Source of the DNA: an uncultured candidate division Zixibacteria bacterium
GTDB taxonomy: Bacteria; Zixibacteria; MSB-5A5; UBA10806; 4484-95
Assembly (NCBI GenBank): GCA_963668625.2
Contig: CAXXKA010000008.1
Span: forward strand, 1,152,001 to 1,216,000
DNA: 64,000 bases
Reading direction: 5' to 3'
Shown: positions 47,716-59,100 of the stretch, piece by piece
How the letters are laid out: each line of letters begins with the position of its first letter
Position numbering within the stretch: position 1 is the first letter of the stretch
Notes under the pieces: model-generated
Seen by the model: only the letters and a program-made list of their open reading frames with translations
Database searches by the model: none
Told to the model about the DNA's origin: nothing
Position numbers and translations under genes: made by a program

Positions 47716-50700
47716 GCAACCGGCAGTTTATCTCCGGAAGATTCAGACTGCAAAACCTCGCGAATCGCTTTGCCTAGAACTTGCATGGTATATGGCTTTT
47801 TCACGAATTTACCAACGCCCAGTTGTTCGGCTTTTATCACTCGTTCGGTTTCTGAAAAACCACTGGCGATAACCGCTTTTTGACTCGGATTGAGCTTTAT
47901 AAGTTCAATATACGTATCCAGCCCGTCAAAACCGTCCACCATTATCATATCCAGTACTACCAGGTCGTATCTTTTGAGTTTGGCTTTCATGACAGCCTCC
48001 TGGCCGCTGGAGGCTGTTTCAATCGAATATCCTAGCCCTGATAACATGGCTGAGGCCAAATCCCGTTGCTCTTCGAGATCATCTACGATAAGGATAGTCT
48101 CGTTCCCCCTGATATCGATGACCGAAGGAGTTTTGCGGATGTCATCGCTTTTAGAGCTTACGGGAAGGTATATATAAAACGTGCTGCCTTTGTTAGTCTC
48201 GCTTTGAATATCCACGTAACCGTTATGGTCTTTAATAACGCCGTAAACTATAGCCAATCCCAAACCGCTGCCGCTTCGCCCTAATTTCTTCTTGGTATAA
48301 AACGGTTCGAAAAGGTGGATTAAATCTTTTTCCTCTATACCCAACCCGGTGTCGGTTACCGATAGTACGATATATTCTCCGGCATCGATATTATCGAAAC
48401 CGCTATGCAATTCGTTTAAATATCGCGACCTGGTTTTAATAGTCAAACTGCCGCCGTCCGGCATGGCCTCGATCGCGTTAATAATCAAATTCATGACTAC
48501 TTTAGAGAGATGGGGGGAAGAACCATTGAATTTTATCATGTTCCGCTCAAGATCGAGATTCAGGTTTATTTCAGGATAATGAGAAATCAGGTCATCGTAA
48601 TCCGGAGAACCGAGATACTCCTCGATAATTTTATTCAGGTCTAAAGGCGACATCTCGTAACGGCCTCGGCGCGCCATCGTTAGAAGATCTTGAACCACGC
48701 CGGCAGCACGCTGAGCGGAATTCTCGATTTTTGAAATATGCTTCAAAATAGGGTGATCGGGTTCGAGGTTCATTCTTATGATATCCGGGTAAGCGACGAG
48801 CGGACCGAGAATATTATTCAAATCATGAGCGACTCCACCGGCAAGAATCCCTAATGATTCCATGCGCTGGGCACGGGTCAGTTTATCGCGAAGGTCACGT
48901 TTCTCTCTTTCTGATATTTTTTGCTCGGTGATATCGCTTAAAATACCCACCGCGCCCTTAACGACGCCGCTGCTCTCATCTATGAGCGGTGTTGCCGAGA
49001 TATGTATCTCGCGTATCTGGCCGTCTTTGCGTTTCATTCTTATATCGTATTTGCTATGCTCTTTCCTGATACGTTTCTGTGTACCGAGAGTGATCCTGCC
49101 AAAATCCTCCTCGATGATGAATTTGCTCAGATTCTGACCTATCATATCCGCGATCTCATACCCCAGCATAGCTCCGAGAGAGGAGTTAACGAATAAAAGT
49201 GTCTCCTCCAAATCGGCGATCATTACGCCGTCTTGCATGGACTCCAGAAACGATCTGTAGCTACGCTCCGATTGCCTGAGCAGCTTTTGCGCGCGATGGC
49301 CCTTGGTGATATCCCTGAAACTCCAGACACGACCGCTTACCAATTCGTTTTCTTTCAACGGGCAGCTGTACAACTCGCAAACACGCCCATCCGAAAGCTC
49401 GACTGTATCATAATCGACATCAGCCAAATTTTGCAATTCGCGTACTTTAGCTCTTAATTTATCGGAATTTCGCACCCGGCCGAGTACGTGGTCTATCATC
49501 CAGTTGTAATCCATCGACTTGCGCAGTTCTTCCGGGACATTCCAAAGATCCAGGAATCTCTGGTTGGTGTAAATTATTTTTTGATTTTTAGAAATGACAA
49601 AAATCCCATCCGCGGTTGACTCTATAGTCGAGGTGAGTAAACCCTTTGCGTCAGCAAGGGTTTTCTCCGCGATTTTGCGTTCGATAGCCGTAGCAATGTA
49701 CCCCGATACGTGAGTCAGGACCTCCAGGTCGCTTCGAGAGTAAGTATCCGGATTGTCATGATTATGCACGGCGGCGACACCGATAACTCCCGAGGGTGTA
49801 TTCAGAGGGACTCCCAACCAGATAGCCGAGCGCTTCCCAACTATTTCGATCTCACCCGAATCGTATAGCTTATCGAACGAAATCTTATCCGCCCATAATG
49901 GCTTACCGGTTCGTCTTACATAATCGGTAAGGCTTTTACTCAGTTGTTGAGGAGTAAAACTCTGCTCCTTGTATTTATTGATATCATAGGGAAAAGAATA
50001 TGTTTTGTTCTCCGAATCATACAGGGCGATGTAGAAATTGGTAGTATCCATCAACATGCCTAAAGCGTGATGAATTATCCTGAGCAACTCATCCAAATTC
50101 ATGGTCTTGTTAGCGGCATCGGATATCTCGAACAATACGGTCTGGATAAGTTCCATTCGTTTTTGAGCCGTAATATCGAATTTCATCTCATAGCGAACCC
50201 AACGGTTATCTGTCCACTGAATGGCTTTCGATATGCATTTGAACCATCTCTCTGTGATATTGTTGAAAACCTCCTTCGTGACCGATCTGCCATCAGGCTT
50301 CTCGAATAACTCGGAGTTATTGCAGGTCGAGCAAGGAGATTCGTATCCGCCAATATGATGGTAGCAGGGGGTATCTCCGGGATCACCCCAGAGTTTCTTG
50401 AATGCCTCATTGACATAGAGTATTTTATAATTGGATGGATCAGTGACACAAATAGGCTCGTTGATACCATCGAAAATAGTGACGAATTTGAGTCGTTCTT
50501 TTTCCAGAGCCCTCTCCGTATTCTCTCGTATTAGTACTTCTTTTTGAAGTTGATTGATCGTAATTCCTAGCCTGTTCCTGCCCAGATTGAGAGCTTTGGA
50601 GTGATGCGCGGAGAAGTAGGCCACAAGGTTAAAACAGAACAGGGTACCCAACGCCAATGCCATTCTGTACATTGGCTCTATCTCGATATCTATACTACCG

Positions 50701-51149
50701 AACCGAGGTTCGAGTCCGGCTAATCCCATAACCGCTAATGCGGCATAAGCGATAAACGCAATATTAGCGATTATGAAAGTATTGCGAACCGAGAGGATAA
50801 ACGAGCTGTAAATAATCACGAGCGGGTAGAAAATTAATCCGAAAAATAAATTTATACTGCCGATATAATACAAGCTCCAGGTTATCGCAAGTATATCAAT
50901 TATCTGTCCTGTCAATAGAACGGCATTAAGGTTTTTAAATCTGTTATTTGGCCAGGCAAATGGTCTGTTAAATATGATCAAAAAAAGCGGAGCCATGACC
51001 AGTTTATAAAACGGGAAATCAATCCAACCTGAATAGTAAATTATACCAAAAGTTATGATTGCCAGCGCGCTGGCAACAAAACGAGCTTTATATATCCACC
51101 GTAATTCACTATCCAGCAAAAGAATTCTCCCTGCCACAGATAAAATCAT
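47712..51149 (-). CDS. Membrane hybrid sensor histidine kinase (TM-PAS-GAF-PAS-PAS-HisKA-HATPase-REC)
   Basis: LAGGVAHDLNN, NL..NA.EAM, DTG.G, FEPFYTK, GSGLGL; REC motifs VDD, LDM, KP. Confidence 0.93.
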   Translation of the reverse strand: MILSVAGRILLLDSELRWIYKARFVASALAIITFGIIYYSGWIDFPFYKLVMAPLFLIIFNRPFAWPNNRFKNLNAVLLTGQIIDILAITWSLYYIGSINLFFGLIFYPLVIIYSSFILSVRNTFIIANIAFIAYAALAVMGLAGLEPRFGSIDIEIEPMYRMALALGTLFCFNLVAYFSAHHSKALNLGRNRLGITINQLQKEVLIRENTERALEKERLKFVTIFDGINEPICVTDPSNYKILYVNEAFKKLWGDPGDTPCYHHIGGYESPCSTCNNSELFEKPDGRSVTKEVFNNITERWFKCISKAIQWTDNRWVRYEMKFDITAQKRMELIQTVLFEISDAANKTMNLDELLRIIHHALGMLMDTTNFYIALYDSENKTYSFPYDINKYKEQSFTPQQLSKSLTDYVRRTGKPLWADKISFDKLYDSGEIEIVGKRSAIWLGVPLNTPSGVIGVAAVHNHDNPDTYSRSDLEVLTHVSGYIATAIERKIAEKTLADAKGLLTSTIESTADGIFVISKNQKIIYTNQRFLDLWNVPEELRKSMDYNWMIDHVLGRVRNSDKLRAKVRELQNLADVDYDTVELSDGRVCELYSCPLKENELVSGRVWSFRDITKGHRAQKLLRQSERSYRSFLESMQDGVMIADLEETLLFVNSSLGAMLGYEIADMIGQNLSKFIIEEDFGRITLGTQKRIRKEHSKYDIRMKRKDGQIREIHISATPLIDESSGVVKGAVGILSDITEQKISEREKRDLRDKLTRAQRMESLGILAGGVAHDLNNILGPLVAYPDIIRMNLEPDHPILKHISKIENSAQRAAGVVQDLLTMARRGRYEMSPLDLNKIIEEYLGSPDYDDLISHYPEINLNLDLERNMIKFNGSSPHLSKVVMNLIINAIEAMPDGGSLTIKTRSRYLNELHSGFDNIDAGEYIVLSVTDTGLGIEEKDLIHLFEPFYTKKKLGRSGSGLGLAIVYGVIKDHNGYVDIQSETNKGSTFYIYLPVSSKSDDIRKTPSVIDIRGNETILIVDDLEEQRDLASAMLSGLGYSIETASSGQEAVMKAKLKRYDLVVLDMIMVDGFDGLDTYIELIKLNPSQKAVIASGFSETERVIKAEQLGVGKFVKKPYTMQVLGKAIREVLQSESSGDKLPVA

Positions 51150-51158
51150 TTTTTATCA

Positions 51159-51185
51159 ATATCGGTATAATATCATGGATATTCA
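51159..51185 (-). promoter_or_regulatory. Sigma28-like promoter (weaker match)
   Basis: Minus strand TGAA-N15-ACCGATAT, 9 nt before the kinase ATG. Confidence 0.35.
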
Positions 51186-51393
51186 TGGTTCGGGGGCATA
51201 TTCATGTAGTTGTTATCTCATTCTGTTAATATATAAGTAAATCAATATTCTTTCGGATCGTCTACAAAATAGCTATAGCAGGTATATAGGTATCATGGAA
51301 ACAATAAAACATCTGCAATATAGACCGGATACAATTGATTACGTTTTAGTATGGATTGTAAATTAGCCGGTTTTGGCGGATCTCTCCGGATTA

Positions 51394-52779
51394 TTACCGG
51401 TTATCATTTTTAAATACTTTATCAATGAGGAATATAGCAAGTGATACGATCAGGCCGGGATATATCGGATCGAGGCCGAGGAAATAGTCGATTTCCCAGA
51501 ATGTGTTGGGTATAATCCAGGCCAGGGCTGCAAAAGGTGAAATTATCATGGATAAAACGGCTGCCTTACCACTCATGTGATACCTGCTGGAGAAAGATGT
51601 CCCCAGTGGTATCAGCAATGCCGAGGTTCCCAGCGTACCGAATATATACCAGATATCGATAACCGATCTGAAATACAGGGCGATTATCACTGCCAGTGCA
51701 CCCGATACGATCAAACCGATTCGGCTGTAAAAAGTTATATCACCGCCCCTTAATCGCCAGATAATATCTTTTCCCAGAGTTGCGCCGGCAACGAAAGTAT
51801 ATGAATCGACAGTCGACATTACGGTGGCGAATAAGCTAAGCAGAAATATAGCTTGGAATGCTCTGGGCAGAACCACTACCGCCAGCGTCGGGTATGCCGC
51901 CAGGGGATCGGCCAGCTCGGGAAGTATAGCACGGGCGTATAGGCCGGTTGAGGTGGTCAGAAAATCGAACACGGCCCAGAAAGCAATGGCGATAAATATG
52001 CCGTTGCGAGCGGTACTTTCGGTTTTAGCCGCGAAACATCTCTGGTAAAACGATGGCTCGATCAGGGTTGCCAGGGCGATGAAATACCACACGAAAATGT
52101 AAGAGGCAGGATTCTCTCCCCGCCAGGTGAAATGCGTGGCGGGTATTTTGTCGGCCAGGAAAGACAGGCCCCCGTAATTGGTATACAGGGTAATCACGAT
52201 AACCGCAAATCCGGCGAACATCAGGATGAACTGCGCCTTATCGGTTAGAACATCCCCGCGCAGACCGCCGGAGAAAATATAAATGATAGAGAAAATGGTT
52301 CCGCCTATAACGCCGTAGACAAGCGGTATACCGAAAGCGGTATCGGCCAGCACGCCTATTTGAAGAACATAAGCGGCGGGTACGGTGGTTATGAATACGA
52401 AAGCCGCGCCGATCATCGAGGCGGCGCGGCCATAGGTTTTGTCCAATTGGTCGGGAATCGTGTGAATCATACTGCGGCGAGCTCTTTTGGCTAACAGGAC
52501 GGCGAACAAGAACGCGGCCAGATAGTAAGGCAATCCGAACACCAACCAGTTCGATAGCCCGAATTTGTACGAGTACTCACCGACACCGAGAATGCCGCCG
52601 TACCAGGTGGATACCATGCTGGCAACGAACGCCGGCAGCGATAACCGCCTGCCCATAACCAGGTATTCATCGGCATCGACTTTGCCTCGGCGGAAATAAC
52701 GCAAACCTGCCAGCAGCAAAAATGCCAGGTAAACAGCCACCAGGATAGCGCTTTCTATGCCGTACAAGCCGCCACTCAA
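51394..52779 (-). CDS. Sodium:solute symporter, probably thiamine/precursor uptake
   Basis: Y...GR.L, STWYGG..G, GGL....TD..QF, YQR.FAAK, MST.DS; starts 1 nt after the TonB receptor stop. Confidence 0.88.
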   Translation of the reverse strand: MSGGLYGIESAILVAVYLAFLLLAGLRYFRRGKVDADEYLVMGRRLSLPAFVASMVSTWYGGILGVGEYSYKFGLSNWLVFGLPYYLAAFLFAVLLAKRARRSMIHTIPDQLDKTYGRAASMIGAAFVFITTVPAAYVLQIGVLADTAFGIPLVYGVIGGTIFSIIYIFSGGLRGDVLTDKAQFILMFAGFAVIVITLYTNYGGLSFLADKIPATHFTWRGENPASYIFVWYFIALATLIEPSFYQRCFAAKTESTARNGIFIAIAFWAVFDFLTTSTGLYARAILPELADPLAAYPTLAVVVLPRAFQAIFLLSLFATVMSTVDSYTFVAGATLGKDIIWRLRGGDITFYSRIGLIVSGALAVIIALYFRSVIDIWYIFGTLGTSALLIPLGTSFSSRYHMSGKAAVLSMIISPFAALAWIIPNTFWEIDYFLGLDPIYPGLIVSLAIFLIDKVFKNDNR

Positions 52780-52780
52780 A

Positions 52781-55309
52781 TTAAAACTCGGTTGCTAGCG
52801 ATACGAACATGTTTCGCTCTGCGCCAACCATGAATCTGGGTTGATTATCATTCCAGTCTACGTACCCCGACTGCTCATATTCGGTATCGAGCAGGTTGTT
52901 TATTCTAAGTGTTACGATAAGCGAGTTGAATCCCACGAACCTGCCGAAATCGTAAGACAGGTCGGCATCGAGGATATGAAATGAATCAAGCTCGTTTTCC
53001 TCTGCGTTATCCAAAAACTGCTTACCTACAAACCGTCCGCCGATACCGGCTGCTAGCTTATCGAAATGGTAGCTTGCTCTGTAATTCGCCATCATCTCAG
53101 GGAATCCGCCGATTCTGTAGCCCGATAGATCGACAGGGACATATCCGGTGTCTGTCCAGACATATTCGGTATAATTGACGAAATGATCATCGTTGATACT
53201 GACATTACCACCAATACTAACCTTTTCTAATATGTTAGATTGCAATGTCAATTCAATTCCCTGGTGAACGGTTTTATCTGCATTACCGGCTATTGCCAGG
53301 TTCATGTCATCTATGGTACCGCCGTATGGTACGATCTCATCCTTAATGGGCATATAATACAAATTCAAGTCGCCCCGCAAACGGAAATTATTAAATGAGT
53401 GTTTGAAATCGGCGCCAAACTCCAGATCAGTGAGTTTTTCAGGTACGAGCACATCACCGGTGTATTCGTATTCGCTGCCGTTTTGACTGAAATTTACCGG
53501 ACGATAAACCGGGTTAGACCAGAAATCCTGCGGATCGTAGATATATTGAAACGCAGGCTGTCTCTGGGCCATGGAGGCGTTGAAAAAGACGTGTACATTA
53601 TCGTTGAATTTATAAATCGCTCCGGCACGCGGTGAGAAGAAATCATACTTTTTATCGAAAGTAACGTTATAGCGTTTATCGCTCTCGAGCTTGTAGTTGT
53701 GACTCTGATACTGGATATTGGCCATGATCGTTAGGTTGTCAAGAATCCGATACGATTCGGCCGAGTATATAGTGAACGTGTTGCTTTTAGCCATGTAGTC
53801 GTGTATGTGATGGTTGGGCTCGTAACCGTTGGGATAAACATCCGCCCAGATAACCTCCGACCAGTGATGACCGCCGTGTATTCTCATCTCGCCGCCGATT
53901 GTCAGCTTGCCTTTGTCGTGCTCGATAATCATCCGGGGGATCCAGCCCCAGTCATGTTCTTTCACCCACGGCTTACGTACTAAATCCACCGATGTTTGCG
54001 AAAGCGCGTAATAACCGTTGCTGTCGGCTACGGGATTACCTGCCGAATCGAGACTGGCATAGAATTCGACGGGAAAGGTCGAATCCGAGTAGGTGTACAT
54101 GTTCCAGGTATCGAAATCGTAAAACGCGCCCAGATCATACTCGGCCAAATCCTCATCCTCTCGGAACTGGTTGTAATAACCCTCACCGTGGAAATAATAC
54201 AACGTGTTCGATATTGTCATATTATCATTTAACTGCCAGTCGTGGAAGAACTCGTAATGCGGTTGATTGAAATTATCGATCTCATCCTCATACTCGAGCT
54301 CGTTGTATTTCCTGTTCGTTGAAAGCTGATCTTGAGCTATGCCTTTATATGCCAGGTGAAGTTTCTCCGGGCCGCCATAGGTGTTGAATTTCCAGGTCAT
54401 GTTCTTATCGTAGCGGGCTATACCGAAGAAATACGAATACGTATCGAGCCATGAATTATCGCGATAGCCATCTGATTTGATTTTGGAGAACCGGCCGTAA
54501 AAAACGTACGAGTCTTTAATCAGCCCGGAGTTACCCGAGATCGATAACTTGCTGGTGTTATAGCTCCCGTAACCCGTTTCGACTTTCAATGCCGGCATCG
54601 CCGAGAAATCGTTGGTGATCAGGTTAACGGTTCCACCCAGCGCCGATTGCCCATATAATGAGGTGCCAACACCGCGCTGTATTTGAATATCCTGAACGTT
54701 GTTGGCAAAATCAGGCAAGTCAACCCAGTAGACCTCATGCGATTCCGCGCCGTTTAACGGTATGCCGTTTACCATCACCGAAACCCTGTTCTGATTGAAT
54801 CCGCGAAGTTTGAGATACGAATAGCCCAATCCGTTACCGGCATCGGAATAGGCGAAAATATTGGTGGCCGAACTTAACAGCATCGGCGTATCCTGCGCCC
54901 AGTAGTCGCGTTCTATCTGCTCGCGGCTGATATTGGTAAAGGCCGCCGGGGTTTCGCCTTTTTCGGCGCGAGTGGCAGTCACGATAACATCCTGACCCTG
55001 CAGCAGTACCGGGTTCAACCGTATCTGATGAATACCTTTGCTCAAGGCAGGCAGGGTTTCTTTGCTAACCGCATAGCTTAGATGAGTTATCACGATCTCT
55101 ACAGCTTTGTCCGGTATATCTGCCAGACGGAATATACCATCCAAATCAGATACCGCTGAGTTATCCTCGCCAATCAGTTTAACCAGCGCCCCCGGAACAG
55201 GTTGTCCCGATTCGCTATCGATTATCAGGCCTCTTAAATCAGCAGCCGTAATACTGCTTGAAAACGATAAAACAGCACATACAAAAAGTGAGAGTTTAAT
55301 GAAACGCAT
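52781..55309 (-). CDS. TonB-dependent receptor, probably thiamine
   Basis: Signal peptide, carboxypeptidase-regulatory-like domain, plug (VTATR, LRGF..NR..V.VNGIP, IQRG.G.S.YG..ALGG.VN), C-terminal Phe; downstream of a TPP riboswitch. Confidence 0.92.
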   Translation of the reverse strand: MRFIKLSLFVCAVLSFSSSITAADLRGLIIDSESGQPVPGALVKLIGEDNSAVSDLDGIFRLADIPDKAVEIVITHLSYAVSKETLPALSKGIHQIRLNPVLLQGQDVIVTATRAEKGETPAAFTNISREQIERDYWAQDTPMLLSSATNIFAYSDAGNGLGYSYLKLRGFNQNRVSVMVNGIPLNGAESHEVYWVDLPDFANNVQDIQIQRGVGTSLYGQSALGGTVNLITNDFSAMPALKVETGYGSYNTSKLSISGNSGLIKDSYVFYGRFSKIKSDGYRDNSWLDTYSYFFGIARYDKNMTWKFNTYGGPEKLHLAYKGIAQDQLSTNRKYNELEYEDEIDNFNQPHYEFFHDWQLNDNMTISNTLYYFHGEGYYNQFREDEDLAEYDLGAFYDFDTWNMYTYSDSTFPVEFYASLDSAGNPVADSNGYYALSQTSVDLVRKPWVKEHDWGWIPRMIIEHDKGKLTIGGEMRIHGGHHWSEVIWADVYPNGYEPNHHIHDYMAKSNTFTIYSAESYRILDNLTIMANIQYQSHNYKLESDKRYNVTFDKKYDFFSPRAGAIYKFNDNVHVFFNASMAQRQPAFQYIYDPQDFWSNPVYRPVNFSQNGSEYEYTGDVLVPEKLTDLEFGADFKHSFNNFRLRGDLNLYYMPIKDEIVPYGGTIDDMNLAIAGNADKTVHQGIELTLQSNILEKVSIGGNVSINDDHFVNYTEYVWTDTGYVPVDLSGYRIGGFPEMMANYRASYHFDKLAAGIGGRFVGKQFLDNAEENELDSFHILDADLSYDFGRFVGFNSLIVTLRINNLLDTEYEQSGYVDWNDNQPRFMVGAERNMFVSLATEF

Positions 55310-55343
55310 TGAATAGCTCCTTTCTTGGAGCCGGCGGGGAAAC

Positions 55344-55372
55344 AAAAAAAATACCTCCAACGGGGTGGAGGC
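55344..55372 (-). terminator. Riboswitch expression-platform terminator
   Basis: Minus strand CCTCCA-N6-TGGAGG followed by TA and T8. Confidence 0.75.
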
Positions 55373-55377
55373 TAAGA

Positions 55378-55458
55378 TACGTTCCCTACGCTGGCATTAC
55401 CCAGATCAGGTACAAGGGTATCATCTCAGGTCGTCACCATGACGGCCACCCCTACTGA
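55378..55458 (-). ncRNA. TPP riboswitch (THI element)
   Basis: Minus strand AGGGGTG...CTGAGATGATACCCTTGTACCTGATCTGGGTAATGCCAGCGTAGGGAA matches the TPP aptamer core. Confidence 0.96.
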
Positions 55459-56101
55459 CATTATTTACTTAACCCGAACATAATAATGTGTTGGATGGTT
55501 TCGAGCAAGTTAATTTTGTTTAGAAAAAATAATTTCTTAAATGGATGTTTTACTGTACTTAATAGACTCTTAATAATATGCTTACTCATTCAGAATTTCA
55601 CGATATACGCATCGAGCTGTACGTAGAATTAGGTATACTTAAGTCGTATTGCCAAAAAAATAAATCGCTTTTATGTTATTATCGCATTTGGCCACATTGA
55701 TATCTGATAGAATTCTTGAAAAGCGGGGGAATAATTTAGGCGAGAAGTTCATTGGTCATGAGCTTGTTGGAAAAGCTAATGCTAAGGAGTGTGTCAATAT
55801 AATGAAAACAATCTGACATTAATAATATGCCGTGATTGTTTTTTATTAAAACCTTTATTAAAGAGACCTTTTTAGTTTTAGTCAACAAGCTAGATGAACG
55901 AAGCTTCGCCTGTACTTCATGAGGAAGTATGAGGGGAGGGAGCTTAGAACCCCATCGACCATCCTATTTTATAGCTCCTCTTTAGGTGCTCATATAACTC
56001 ATGATGTTTGCAGGCCACTTGAAGGAGGTGGTATAGAACAAACAATATTTCCATTGATGCAAACAGGATGTTATTTTTAACATGATGTAAAAGGAGGAAT
56101 A

Positions 56102-59100
56102 ATGATGCGTAGATACGCAACTTTAACCGCTATAGTTGTTATCTGTGCTGTAACATTAGGTTTTGCCGCTCCGAACTGGGTCTCGATTAACGGCCCGATT
56201 CATCAACCTGAAGTAACCGTTCTCAAAGCAACTGAGTCGGAGACAATTTTGGAATGCAATATCGCTGGTTTTTACAGTGATGATGTTTTTGCTAACGGGG
56301 AGACATTCCAGGATTTGAGTTTTCCGGGTTATTACACAACTCTCGAAATAGGTAAACCTCAATTACCGGTTATCACTGAGATTGTAGCCATTCCCGCCGG
56401 CGCGAAAGTTCGTGTCGATGTCGAAGTATTCGACTCGAAAGTGATTAGTGGCTATAATGTCATGCCTTACCAGACTCCTGTTCTGGAAAATCAGGTGTCT
56501 GCAACTTTCGATAAAGACGCGAAAGCATATCTTCTGGATGATTTATACCCCGCGAAAATCGCTGAGGTAAACGGCCAGGGTGATTGGCGTTCGCTGAAAG
56601 TAGCTACCCTGAAAGTATATCCGGTGCAGTATAACGCAGTTAAAGATGAACTGGTCATACATTCCAATATCAAGGTTACACTTACTTATTCGGGCAGCAC
56701 CGACGGTTATAATACCGGCCGGTCAATTCCGGAATCGTATGATCGGATTTTCAGCAATACGGTGATAAACTATGACCGGCTAAACCTGCCGGTCAGGCAG
56801 TTCGGTTCCGTGCGCACCGAGGCCTACGATCTGCTGATTATTGCCGCCGATGCTTACGTGGCTGGACTAGGCAGTTTCGTGACCTACAAGGAGGCTGCCG
56901 GTTATTCGACTACGCTGGTTCCCGTTTCGACTGTCGGTTATACCGTAACCGATATTAAAAACTATATACAGGATGAATACGACAACAACGATATCTCGTA
57001 TGTCCTGCTTGTCGGTAATGAAAATGATATCCCCGGTTATACCGGATATAGCTCATTCAGCGATTATTACTACACGCTGCTTGATGGCGGCGATGATTTC
57101 GCGGATATCGGTATCGGCAGGTTCTGTATTCACAATTCCACCGAGTTGGGTTGGATGCTCGAAAAGAGCGTTGCCTATGAAAGCGATCCCCCGACCGGTG
57201 ATTGGCTGGATAACGCCTTGCTGGTGGCCAACGCCCAAAACGCGCCGTATAAATATCAGCAGTGCAAGGAGCGAATCCGTACTGCCGAGGAGACGCCGTC
57301 GGGAACTTACAGTGTGCTCTATCCCGAGTTCACGACCGCCTATGGCGCCGATTCGGCTTACGGCGGCGATAACGCCACTAACGCTGATGTGATTGAATAT
57401 ATCAATGAAGGCATGAGAGTGGTTAACTATCGCGGCCATGGCAGTTATACCGCCTGGTCGAGCTGGAATTATCTGGGCCAGAGTTTCGGCCCGAGCCAGA
57501 TTGACTCGCTCGATAACGGCGCGATGACTCCAATCTTGTTCAGTATAGCCTGCTACAACAACAATATCCAATACGGATCATACTGCCTGGGTGAGTATTT
57601 CACCTTGACCGAGGATGCCGCAGTGGCCGTTTTGAGCGCCAGCAGGCCGTCCTATACCGTTGCCAACCATACCTACGACAAGAAATTGTTCTCGGCTATT
57701 TTCGATGAGGGTATCAACGCAACGAGTGACGCCTCGAATGCCGCGGCGGCCTTGATTATTACCCAGCACGGGAGTATCGGGCTGGCTAATGCTCGTATGT
57801 ATATCTGGCTGGGCGATCCTACGCTACAGGTTATATATGAGGAGCCGGAGCCGGTAGTTCGTCACGTACCAGCCCAATACGGCACGATACAGGCTGCTAT
57901 AAATGCCTGTAACGATCTGGATACGGTAATGGTCGCTTCCGGTACGTACAATGAGGCTATCGATTTCCTCGGCAAAAATATAGTTGTCACCAGCTCTGGC
58001 GGCGCGGATGTTACGACGATTCATGGCGTATACCGCAGTCGTCCGGTGGTATACTTCCAATCAGGTGAACCTAAAGGCGCCGAGCTTTCCGGATTTACCA
58101 TCACATTCGGTCAGAAATCCGGAATTTACATTTATCGCTCATCACCGACTGTTAAAGACTGTATCATTACAGGAAACTACAGTCAAGATTCGAGATCCGG
58201 CGGCGGTATCAGCCTGATCGGCACGGTCGGCGCGGTAATTCGTGATAATATTATCTTGGAGAACCACGCTTACGAGTACGGCGCCGGTATGTATCTGGAA
58301 CGTTGTAACAGCGATACTATCGCTTATAACGTCATTTACAAAAACTGGGGCAATACCGAGGTAAGATGTATTGCCAGTAATTCACTGTTCCATAACAACA
58401 TCATTATCGCTACGGAGGCATTGAATCATTGTATTACCTCTCAGGAGCACGGTGATATCGTGCTCAAGAGTAATATCTTGATGAAAGGCAGTAGATGCGC
58501 CGTGTATGCTTTTGATGGTGGTACGGCTGCTATCTACTACAACTGCTTCTACTCTAACCGGGAAAACTGGTGCGGTGATATTATTGTTGGACATGGTAAT
58601 TTCGATCGTAATCCTCTCTTGACCAAGGATTGGAGAACTCCTCCCGAATCACCGTGTCTCGATGCCGGTTGGCCGGGTTTGATGGAGCCCAGAAGGTACT
58701 GGCCCGATCCCGACGGCACCCGCAACGATATAGGCGTATTCCCGGTATATCAGGTGGATGTTAGTAACGGACCGGTTTATTACAGTATTCAGAGGGCCGT
58801 TAACGCTGTCGAGGATGGTGATTTCGTACTTGTTCATCCCGGCGCGTATCATCCCGTTAACTTCATAGGTAAACGGATAGTGGTAACCTCCTCAGAGGGC
58901 CCCGAGAGAACCTCGATAGTTGGCGCAATGGCGGAGGCACCGTGTGTCTACATGCAATCAGGTGAGCCCAAAGGCGCTGAGCTTTCAGGTTTCACGGTTC
59001 GGGGAGGCGGTCGAGGAGCAATTTATTGCTATCGCTCGTCCCCCACTATTCTCGATAACATTATAAAGGAAAACACCAGTAGTGAGCTTTATAGAGGCGC

